Shown one piece after another: positions 1 through 13,202 of a stretch of DNA of 20,868 bases. Position 1 is the stretch's first letter; the number at the start of each line of letters is the position of its first letter. Below the pieces are notes generated by a model. The model was not told the DNA's origin. It worked only from the letters and a program-made list of their open reading frames with translations, and did no database searches. The position numbers and the translations under genes are program-made. Where the stretch lies: NCBI GenBank assembly GCA_001244265.2, contig CDLV01000020.1:434001-454868 (forward strand). Direction: 5' to 3'. The DNA comes from Microbotryum violaceum (Eukaryota).

Positions 1-3102
<3,102 letters not shown>

Positions 3103-3665
3103 GGTCGAGTCCGCCGTTGGAGGGAGTACTAGGTCCGCAGAGGGGAGGGGCAACTCGGCCGAAAAGGGGCTCACGGCGCGTCCGACCAGGTCCTTCCACT
3201 CGGATTCGCCGTCGAGCACGAGCGAGGCACGAGGTGCGCGATGTCGACTTGCACTGGGTACGAGGTGGCGCACAGAGGCTAGCTTGACCGCCCGGCACGG
3301 CAAGAAGAGAACGGACACTGCGACGAGGACGACGACGACGACAAAGATGGGAGGCGATCTGCGACTCGGAGAGCCCGAGTGCCAGAGAGCGGACCATTAC
3401 CTTTCATTACAAACGAAAGCTAATGCCGCCAATCACCCCGGGATAATCGGCTTCTCAAGCGCGCGCGCACGGGCCACGAGCGGGTCACGCTGGGCCACGG
3501 GCCACGTCAAAAACACGTCACTCGACCGGGGAAGCGCGCCAAGGGAAACAGGAAACAGGAAACAGGAAACAGGAAACGAATATAAACCACAAATCTGCTC
3601 CGGCTCACTCCTTTACTCCCGGGCGTGTGTAACCCCCGCCATCACTCAAACCCGGCAAACCGGAA
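3103..3665. promoter_or_regulatory. Bidirectional promoter/5' UTR region between PMR1 and the P-loop gene
   Basis: Head-to-head ATGs at 3102 (-) and 3666 (+). TATAAA at 3581-3586. Clustered GGG(C/T)CACG at 3471, 3482, 3492 and 3499. Confidence 0.6.
3544..3577 (+). repeat. (GGAAACA)x~5 heptamer tandem repeat
   Basis: Four perfect GGAAACA units plus GGAAAC, directly upstream of TATAAA. Confidence 0.95.
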
Positions 3666-6190
3666 ATGAAGGTGCGATGCGTCAACAACATCCCTGCACG
3701 TGCACTGCTGCTCTCGTCCAGCTCCACGACGATTCGGCCGTCGTTGGTCCTCTGCGCCTTCAGACCTCCGAATAGGTTCGCCCCCATTCGCACCTATAAC
3801 TCTACACCTACAACACGAGCCCAATCCTTTATCCAAGCAGGACCTCAAATCGGTTCGCAAAACAACTTTGACCTCCGTGACGACCACGAGGAAGAACCCC
3901 AAAGTGGGGGAAATTCTTCGACTGCTCGTCCTGCTGGCGGAGAGGGAGGGTTAGGAGGAAAGGGACCGGCGAGCGGGAATGGTAAAGGGAGTGGGAATGG
4001 AAAGAGTTGGACCAGTGGATTGGAGAGTGCCGCTGCGACGGGAGCAGGTCGGTCGGTCCGGCTCTGGCTTCAGCGACGAGCAAACGAAAGTGTACTGATC
4101 TGAAACCAATCCAAACCGACAACAGGGATCATCTTGCTTGCTGTCGCGGGGTTGTGCTATCACAAGTGGTGAGTATTGCGTCTTAGGTCTCCGAGATCGG
4201 TCCAAGCTCGGGCGCCGGCCACTATCTACCGACGTCGCGCGCCGTAACGCCCAGCTGACCCCACTCTGCGCACAAACAGGTACAAATGGGAAGCCTATCG
4301 CAAGATGAGACGCGCCTTTGCGAAAGGATACGACCCCGTCCTCGCCCTCGCCTCCGCGGCCGTGTACGACGAACAAGGCGGCCTCGTACCCGGTCGAGTC
4401 GTACGCAAGGAACAGGAGTATATTCAGAAATTCGTCAATGGCGAGATTAGTGGCGAGTATTTGTTGTTGATGGGGCCCAAGGGTGAGTGCAGCCAACTTG
4501 AGGCGGAGACCAGTGGAGTGAATGGAGCTGATTCTTCTTGCCGTGAACAGGCGTCGGCAAGACGAGCATGATCGTCGATGCCATGGTCAACAGTCAGTCC
4601 CTCGTGCGAGAAAAAGTGTCCATTCTCGCACTCACCACGTCATCTTCATGTTCCAAACAGACCAAGCTGACGGCTGCGCCATGATGGAAGCCCACGAAGA
4701 CGCCGAGGTATTCCGTCTCCGACTCGGCAAGGCGCTCGATTTTGAATACAACGAGGACTCGTTCGCCGGCTTGTTCTCGAGGAAAGATCCGAGAGAGGCC
4801 GGACCTTGTTTGGATATCGAAAGGGCGTTGGCTAAATTGGAAAAGGTGCGCAGATGGCAGCTTCGAGTTGAGGTGGTGAAACGTGTTGATGATTGGGTGA
4901 GAGGTATCATGTTACAGGTCGCGATCTCGTTCCGCAAAGACCGAGGTCGACCCATGGTCCTCGTCTTCAATAACATTCATTTCGTACACGACGACCCTGA
5001 AGGGCATGCCCTACTTCACATGCTCCAACAGCGCGCTGAATCGTGGGCCCAAGCGGGGGTGTGCACCGTCATCTTCTCGTCCGATGACTTTCATGTCTAT
5101 CGTCATCTCAAGAAGAACGCCTCGAGGATGCACGTCCTTTCGATTCGTGATCTTACACCTTTAGAGACGCACACTTTTTTGAGGGGCACGCACGAGAAGG
5201 CATTCCCTGAAGATGGGGAAGTGGGGTGGAACGAGAGCTGGAGAATTTGGGATCTGATTGGTGGGAGGTTGAGTTACCTCAATCGTGTGGCGAGGCGGAA
5301 GGACATGCTCGAAGCCGCGGAGGAAATGATTGAGCAGGAAAAGGAATGGTTGCATCATCGATTAGGTTTGATCCCGGATCAGTACGTCAGGGATCGGTGG
5401 AGCCGGGGAGGGAACCTCGTGAATTGATCCGCTTTGTGGGCCACTTTGTGCCTTTCCTACAGCGACGACGATGTGATGGACGAGCAAAAAGTCTCTTCGT
5501 GTTCGATGCTGCTGTTCCAACATTTCGCCAAGATGGCTGAAGAGGCTGAACCGCTCTTGAATCGGAATACGATCAACTCGGTCGTTCCTTCACTTGGGAC
5601 CGAGGAGGCGCTGGAAGGAAAGGTCATGAAGGAGGAGGAAGAGACGCTCGGACAGCAGCTCGAGGACGATCTCGTTAATTCCTTGACCCCAGAGATGGAT
5701 CCCTTTGTCTCGTATCGTGAAGCAAGGGTCATCATGACCCGCCCGGACTATTTGATCGACCACGACCGCCACAATATCGTCAACATCAACTCGCATCATC
5801 AAGTTCGCCCAGATTCGAGAATGATGCTGACGGTGTTTCGGAGGATCGCCAAGGAGGAAGGGTTCGATCAGGATCTGCAGGATGTCAGGGATCGTGTCGA
5901 TCAGATCGAGAGTTTGCATAGGACGGCCGAGTTGACGGTCAAGAAGGATGATGCGGATTTGGGAGGGTTCTGTGAGTTGGGAGGTTGGGGCCTGGGGTCC
6001 AAAAGCTGGTGCGGATCTGTATTGATTCAAGGTTCGATTCCTATTGCGCACAGTACGACTCCGAGTGGGCGAGTATCGCAAGGAGCACGACAAGCCGGAT
6101 GCAGATAGCGATGGTGGTGAAAGTGGGGTTGGAGAAGTAGGGGCAAGGACGCCGAAAGTCGACGAGGAAGAGGATGCTCGATTGGTATGA
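3666..6190 (+). CDS. Fungal P-loop/AAA+-like protein, probably mitochondrial and single-pass membrane; exons 3666-4047, 4126-4168, 4280-4482, 4551-4592, 4661-4845, 4918-5381, 5463-5971, 6054-6190
   Basis: Seven GT-AG introns join into one frame. It has an Arg/Ser-rich presequence-like N-terminus, a hydrophobic segment (AGIILLAVAGLCYHKWYK), Walker A GPKGVGKT (split by an intron), Walker B-position MVLVFNNIH and IGGRLSYLNRV, ending at TGA 6188-6190. Confidence 0.85.
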
Positions 6191-6204
6191 GTTTTGAGCG
6201 GATG

Positions 6205-7151
6205 CACTATATATGAGAGCACTTCCCAAATACCAGATACCAAATCGTCCCCCAGCTGCTCTCGCGCGCTGTCCAGCACGATCCTGGCAAGGAGGCTCCA
6301 TTTGGCATCTGAGACGCAGGCCGAGAATGCTGGCGATCTCCGAAACAGAAATCCCTTTCGAGGCTCGGCAGACTCGAGCTCGAGGGCTTGTGGACGGCAT
6401 TAAGTTTATTACGACTTTGTCACATTTACAGTTGGAGTGTATACGCCTGATTTGAGTTATCCTGCATCGTGCTTTTAAGATACGCAATCACACTCTTATC
6501 ACACTAGTCGTTTTGGCCTCGTCGACTTTGGTTCCGCGTGCGCCACCCACTCACTCACACGAGTCGCGGCATTCGGCAACTACAACACGCTCACCTTTGA
6601 CAATTGGCTTTCCGACGAGCTACCGAGCTCATTGGTATTTACGGTTGCGTCCGGGCTGTGTTGTTTGCACGCTTGAGCCGTCCCGACCGGACCACATGCG
6701 GGACCACGGACGACTCGCTCAGACCGCCCACAGTGAGTCGTGTCGATCCGAGCCCTCTTGCGACTTGCACTCCTTGCTGACGAGATCAAGATCTGCTGCC
6801 AACACGTGGTCGTGTGGACGGTCCATTGCTCTGACATCCTGAATCGCGCTCCGACGATACATGTATGATGTGTCGTGATAAATGGCATTTGATCATCTTC
6901 CATTTCGGAGATCGCGAGCGCTCTCAGTGGCCAAAGGCCGCCGGGCCGCCGCGGCCCTCTCAAATACGAACTGCATAGCAAGAAAGAAAAAAAAACCCTT
7001 GAAATGATCATCCCGGGATCGTCCCATTTCAGGGTTTTTTGTTTTTGTTATGTGGTGCTTGTGCGAGTCCGAGCATCCGATGTTGCAAGGATCGCGCGTG
7101 CGGAGAGCTGGCGGGAGGATTGGGTATTTGGTATTTGAAAAGTGCCCATAT
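6205..7151. mobile_element. Degenerate non-autonomous DNA element with long imperfect terminal inverted repeats (MULE/foldback/MITE-like)
   Basis: Left 6212 TATGAGAGCACTTCCCAAATACCAGATACCAAATCGTCCCCCAGCT matches the reverse complement of ~7105-7150, TATGGGCACTTTTCAAATACCAAATACCCAATCCTCCCGCCAGCT. An inner GCGATCTCCGAAA (~6333) pairs with TTTCGGAGATCGC (6903). No credible ORF and no TSD seen. Confidence 0.7.
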
Positions 7152-7420
7152 CAACAGGTCGAAACACACTAGTGAAGCTTTGGCGCTCCTGTCTGGTCTA
7201 TGGTGGCGTGCTTTCGTTATAGCCGAGCCGCCGCAATTCCACCGAAGCTCGCCCCACTCCTGTCGTCGATCGCATCGGGTTCGGCAGGATATCAGATGTT
7301 GATTGGTATGCGCATGCGGGATCTAGGAGCTTGATCACAACGCGCAGTACCAAGTCTATTTCTACATTCAGATTCGTCCATTAAAATTGCAAGACAGGAA
7401 CGCAGATGTCGAGCACGGTT

Positions 7421-9847
7421 TTACTCGCAAAGTGCCTTGAAACTCGCCTGGATGTGTTCATACGACATCTGACCGGAGGCCCAACGCGACGCAAGTTCTG
7501 GCTCAGTCTCGAAGTCTTCCAGGCCCGAAAAAGAAAATTCCAGCGAGCAATTTTGCTGCAGGACACTCAGAACCTTCTCCACGCCGGACCAACGAGATGC
7601 GCACGCATTCAGGAGCTCCCTGAAGCCGGATCTCGTAGACAGCAAGAGTTTCCTGTTTGCTGCCTCGTCGAGATCCCCGGCATTCCACATGTTCCAGATA
7701 CGCGCGGCTTTCGGCTTCTCAAAAAGTCGCGCGTCGGCAGACCCGGATTCAGATTGGAAAGCCGTGCGGCACGCCACATAGAAGAATGATTCTATATCAT
7801 GCCAGCGCTCGTGCACCACATCCTCGGTTGCGGGGCTGAGCAGGAGTCGAGAGATGTAGGGAAGCGTGCCCTGTGGTTGATCATGGTACAGGGGAAGGGT
7901 GGGAAGTAGTAAGGTGAGACCAGGAACATGTCAAGGGCTAGCACCGACGCGAGAACGTACCGAGCGGCTGAGGCGACACTCTTCTTCTGCCGTTCGAACC
8001 TTCTGCACCGCCAGATTATAATCAATCAATACTCCTTTGCCATTTTGGTCCACCATGACGTTGCCATAGGACACGTCACGGTGGATGAACCCATGTTCCC
8101 ACAGCTGACGATGCCCTGTCACGCAAGGCAAAGGGTCGTCAGTGTTGGCACACCCTTCAGCGCGCTGTCCCGCTCTGCTCTGAGCACTCACCCTCAATCG
8201 CACCCTCGAGAGCGCGCGCGAGCTGCTTGGTGGTCTTGACTGTGGCGAGTGGGTAGTAACGTTCTTCGTGAACGACGACCTCCCTGGCCCGTGGGGTGCA
8301 ACCGGCGAGGGATTCGTTGCCGGGTAGGAACACGGGGAGGGTCCTATATTCGGTGCGAAAGACGCCGACCAGTGGAGCGAGCCCGCGAGGTCTCTTTTCT
8401 TGGATCACGTTGCGGATCTCGGCCAAGTCTGAGTTGCGCGACTCCTCGACCCAGATGATCGTCATTGCGAAGGTCCTGATGTTGGCGCCCTCAGCAAGTT
8501 TGACCTCGTATGTCGACGTTGCGCGGCCGCACTCTCTTTTTCGACGAAAGATGAGCTCCTTGATCTTGACGTTGGACATCGTCGTTGCTCCCCAGATAAA
8601 CTCTGAGGCCGCCGGCGGGAAGAAGTCGGGGCAGGGCGTGAACGGGCCGTAGCGGTCGTCGAGCGAGGTTGTGGTCGCTAGAATGCCGTTAAGCCGATCG
8701 CTGTGTTGGACGAGACGGTACAAGAACGTCGACAGCTCTCCATTCTCTTCGGTGACTGTTCTAGATTTGGTAGAGAACACCCCGCAAGCAGACATCACGT
8801 AGACCTTGAGACGTTCGCCGCGAAGGGTGAACCCGATCGCATGTTCGCGAATCGGCGTTGCGAGGAGTGCCGACAACCGTCGGAACAACTGGCGCTCGGC
8901 GTTGGAGGTGCCGGCTTTGGTCTCGCCGACGGCGGCCACTTGCGTAAAGGAGCGTTTGGCCTGGTTCAGGTCCACCTTGTCCTTGTCCTTGACCTTGGCC
9001 GTGTTCGTGCTGTCTTCTTCTGCGTTGTTGTCCTCGTCGTGAGGTTGGCCCTTGTCGTTTTCGTTCGCGTTGGAGTTCACGTTGGTGGCGGGGGCCGCAT
9101 CGGCGTCGAGTTTCTTGGCCGGATCGGCGTGACTGGGAAGGGCCCATACATTCGGGAGGGTTGGGTCGTGCGCGACCGCAGCGTGGGTCAAGAGCACGAC
9201 GTCGGCCGTCTTCTCGGTCGTCTCCACACGGTCAGGTGCGACGCTGATGTACTGGGGCGAGTTCTGGCAGGCGACCAGTCGCCGGTCTCCAGTCTAGAGG
9301 TCCAACAGTAAGACAAACGGCAGTGAGAAGGCGAGTCAGCTCTCGAAGGAACATACACCCTCGATGTCAAGCGATCCAGGCGTCGACTCACCGTGTTGAT
9401 GACACCTGCTATGACCTCGCCCAGCGCTTCTTCGGTGCCCATCTTGAACTCCTTGGGCCAGATCTTGTTAGCGAGCTCGTCAGCGGTCGGATGGCCGAAG
9501 AAGTAGGCCTCGAGGGCCGCACAATGTTTTTGGTCCATCTGGACCGCTTCGGAGATCCTCTCGGCTCTGTCCGATGCTCGCTCGTGCGAGGCCGCCTCCC
9601 GGGGCGATCGTAATGGGGTCGATTGAGTCGACGATACCAAGGGAGAGACCGCGTCCCTCAGTTCGGCGAGGTCGTACGCGTTGGCGGTTGCGCTTGAGGC
9701 CGGGGCCGAGTTTGCAGCCGCTGAAATTGAGGTCGAGGGCGAGGGCGAGGGCGAGGGCGAGGTCGAGGCAAGAGCCTGAGCGGGCGAGTCGACGCCGTGT
9801 GCCACGGGCTTCGCGTTCCTTTCAGCGATGCGCGCGCTCCTGCGCAT
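7421..9847 (-). CDS. Fungal-type protein kinase (FunK1 / Pkinase_fungal family); exons 9847-9392, 9293-8192, 8115-7961, 7870-7421
   Basis: Spliced product has CGRATSTY, ALEGAIEGHRQLWEHGFIHRDVSYGNVM, GVLIDYNLA, SGTLPYIS and HERWHDIESFFYV, the characteristic FunK1 motif order. GT-AG introns at 9391-9294, 8191-8116 and 7960-7871. Start taken as first in-frame ATG (uncertain). Confidence 0.88.
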
Positions 9848-9985
9848 TGGCCCTGTCGACGCGCCGGCGCTCGGGCGCGTGAGGTTCGTGTCGGCGCGGG
9901 CGGTCACTGCAACGGCCCCAATTGGGGCGTGGGCCAGTGGCGTCAGTCATGCGAGTCAAAACAAGGCCAAGCTCGGTCTATTATG

Positions 9986-10285
9986 GGCCAACTCACTGTG
10001 GCCAACTCACTGTGAAGGCCCTGGGCGTGATGGGTTACGGGGCAGTGGGGGCTGGTCACCACTAGGACCGGTGGTAAACCGGTGGTAAGTCTTGAAGACG
10101 AGCAGGGAGTGGGAAGAGGGTGAGGGAGAGCAAGATGTGAAGCGATTTTTCCTTCGTTGCGGAATATCGAGACTCTGGTCGAGACATCAGCTACCTGTCA
10201 TGCAAAATGATTTCGCAACTCCCAGCTTTGGACTCCGCCCGCCTCCTCCCAACTTTGGACTCCGCGCGCCTCCGCGCGCCTCCTC
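9986..10285. repeat. Cluster of short tandem duplications upstream of the kinase
   Basis: GGCCAACTCACTGT x2 (9986-10013), ACCGGTGGTAA x2 (10067-10088), and 27-bp CTCCCARCTTTGGACTCCGCSCGCCTC x2 (10219-10272) followed by another CGCGCGCCTC. Confidence 0.85.
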
Positions 10286-10826
10286 GTGGAACAACGGTCT
10301 TTTCTGAAGTGTTTGTCGGATTTTTACACCCTCTTTTCCAAAGATGTCGGCTTTTGCACATGCGCCTCAATATCTCACCAAAAGTTGCTCTGCATGCTCC
10401 AAAACTTGCTCAAAAGTCGTCGAAAACGCGTTCCGTTTGCGGGCGCGCGGCGGCCGGCCGATCGAACATAGCGAAAAACCCCCCGGGATGGGGCGGATTG
10501 ACTATGAAAGTGGCTTGCCGCATCTTGCCGCGCGCGTCGCTTCAACTGTCTTTGGCTGGTCTCCCAGCCTCTTGAAAAGCTTCAGCCTTCCTTGCATATT
10601 CGGTGATGGGCTCGTGACTCGCTTGTCAGACTTGGATTTTGCTGATTTTGGGCGCATTGTATCCGCGGTGTCGTTCTTGCGGCTTGTAGAGGCTCTACCG
10701 GCGGCATCCCGCGGGTCGGGCACGCTCCGAAGGACGTCAAATCGTGGCTCGGCATGTGCGCTCGTGGTGATAATGCGCTCGTCGGAAGTGAGATCCGCGG
10801 TTGAACGACACAAAGTCGCTGCGGTT

Positions 10827-12460
10827 GAACGATACGCAGTGTCCGATCAGGACGAGATCGTAAACGCAGTTGCAGCGGCGAACTTCTGCACAAAGATCGA
10901 CCTTCAAGGTACTTCCCAACAAATTCGCATCAAGGACGAAGATGTGAAGAATACCGCGTTCAGCACCCCTAACGGGATCCTGTACTTACTTGTCGCTCAA
11001 CAAGGCGATCGCAACAGCACGGCTACACTACACCGGCTCGTCTCATTTGCTTTTGTTAGACTCTACAATCGCAAGATCAAACATTACGCCGACGACCTGT
11101 GGCCCATCTCTAATACCAAGTCCACGGCATCCGCATTCCTATCTCAAAGTTCAAATTCGCTACAGAGATTCGCGACTCTCTTGTCAGGAAGATTCGCCTG
11201 GGAGAAAGCTCGATGCAGCCGGAAAAGGCGGCTGGCATCCGAGCCACCCCAGCTCCTAAGTACAAGAAGGATCTTCAACGTTTCCTAGGAGCGATGGGAT
11301 ATAACCATCGATCAACCCCGCACCTTGCCGAGCTAGCGGCGCCTTTGGATGCACTGACAGGGGTGAACAGCCCCTGGAGATGGTCCCGAGCTTGCAGCGA
11401 CGCTTTTGAAACTATCAAGGCTGCATTCGACGACAGTGCCAAACTCACCTGCATTCGCTCAGACGAGCTTGCACCCGATGGTACCTTCCCGGTCCCCCTA
11501 GACACCCCTCCGGCCGAAGGAGAAAAGGTGCTAGAGAACGAGTCCAAAGGGAAGTACCTCTTCCTCCAAATCGGCGCCTCAGTTACAGGAGTCGGCTACG
11601 TGCTCAGCATCGGAACCAACTGGTGGACAGCGATACCCACGGGCTACCACTCGCGAAAGTTCTCGCCTTCCCAATTCAATTACAACACCCAGGACCAAGA
11701 GCTCCAGGGCATGTACGAAGGATTTAAACGCTTCGAAACATAGCTGTGAGGACGTCCATTCATCGTCCTCACGGACAGCCAGGCTCTTGCGAAGCTCACA
11801 ACACTCCCAACGCTGTCCAGAAAACAGACGCGCATGTACCTCTACGTCTCGGAATTTGCATACACGGCTGAGCACACCGCAGGCAGGGCGAACGCCATGC
11901 CCGATATTTTACCGCGAACACCTTGCGATGCACCCACCTAGCACTGACCCAGAATCAGAGACGGACGAATTAGCTCCTTAGAAGATCGCAGCCAAGGAGT
12001 TGAACGAACTCAACCTCGAAGACAGGCCCAGCAGGACGCGCCGAGCACCGGAGAGGTGGGAGGTTTCGATGCACACCCCGAAGAAACAGCGGACCCCTAC
12101 ACATCCGGCGTCGAAGAATTCTCCGAAGCCTACGAGAGGAAAAGCTAAACCGCCTGCCGAAGACAAGCAAGCGTAAGTGGCGAGACTGCGCAGCACAGAC
12201 ACGCGCTGGACAAAGTCAGAGGAAGTCGCCACAGTGTTAGACCCAAAACATAGTGGATAACTCAGTACGGGGTTTCAACAGAAAACCTTTCCCTTGCGGA
12301 AGACCGCGGACCCAGCCAACTCGACGTACAAGCTTGCCCTCCCGCAACGCTATACATCTCGCGGGATCCGTAGCACGTTCCACGCATCCCAACTCAACGT
12401 TTTCAAATTTTCAGACGAATCCCGATTCCCAAAACGACTTGTTGGCTCAGTCCCGGTCTA
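10827..12460 (+). mobile_element. Decayed Ty3/Gypsy LTR-retrotransposon pol fragment (RT, RNase H, integrase C-terminus)
   Basis: RT: TKIDLQGTSQQIRIKDEDVKNTAFSTPNG...QGDRNS...YADD (11085-11096). After a frameshift: DLQRFLGAMGY...AAPLDALT, and RNase H YLFLQIGASVTGVGYVL...YHSRKFSPSQFNYNTQDQEL...*L*GRPFIVLTDSQAL. Integrase tail STYKLALPQ...STFHASQL. Internal stops at 11741 and 11747. Gag, protease and integrase core not seen. Confidence 0.92.
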
Positions 12461-12519
12461 CCTGATTGACTCACCGATGGTCATCGCATACGTACCCAAC
12501 CACTGCATGGACTCGTCGA

Positions 12520-13202
12520 GAACGAAGCAGGCGAGCTCGAAGGAACACTCGTCTGCTCCAACACCCCTCAAGGACAACGAGCAGAAGCGCTTCATTCAAC
12601 AAACTCATTGCGGCGGGACTTCACCTCGGTCTAGCTGCCCAGGAGTACTTGGCCAAGAACAAGGTCACCACGATCTGGGACCTCAAACCTGGCAAAAAAG
12701 AAATTTCCATCGCCGACCCTGACTATGATTTCCATCTTCAGAGGAAACCCATCTCACGATACACCAAAGCGAGCGCAGCATCACGCAATGAACCGCGCGG
12801 GACCGCCTAAACAAGGGAACGCAACTTCATCAGCGACCTCGAGGAAACGGCCGCCAAGCCGACAGGATTACCTCCGCGATGGAGAAGACCCAACAAAGTC
12901 AAGCACTGCTCGCCGACTCGACCGCCCAGCCGATCACGATAACTGGTCGTACGAGATCGAGACCGTACAGCAGGATGCCTCCCGCACTCCGACCGGCCGC
13001 ACCTACGCGCTAAGTAGCAAACGCCACTCTGGCGGCCCCTCCGCCCCTGAGGGAACAATTTCGCCTACAGGCGTAGCAGGCGAGTCACCAGCGGCAGCAA
13101 ACCGCCCAAGCCGAGTATCGACGTATTCAAGATCAGCAAGCCGTCACCAACGCACTGGCAAAACAAGCCCTCAACAACTACCGGGATCCCCCCTAGGCGG
13201 TG
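12520..13202 (+). pseudogene. Frameshifted coding-like remnant downstream of pol, unknown identity, cut by the array element
   Basis: Overlapping + ORFs (…KLIAAGLHLGLAAQEYLAKNKVTTIWDLKPG…; …WSYEIETVQQDAS…) with protein-like composition, ending at the 13203 junction. No recognisable domain. Confidence 0.3.

Noticed and set aside
3103-3318. N-terminal extension of PMR1 in the 622-aa ORF
   Set aside because: Non-ATG start; likely 5' UTR. The ORF also reads through an 81-bp in-frame intron and runs out of frame after 1816.
5590-6279. Antisense/overlapping ORFs over the main genes
   Set aside because: Shadow ORFs of GC-rich coding sequence with no motifs.
6501-6508. Helitron 3' end (CTAGT) at 6504/15498/7169
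   Set aside because: Homology between copies continues on both sides of CTAGT and no adjacent GC hairpin is evident.
8975-9765. Hexamer microsatellites (CCTTGT)n and (GAGGGC)n
   Set aside because: They simply encode KDKDK and SPSPSP low-complexity tracts in the kinase.
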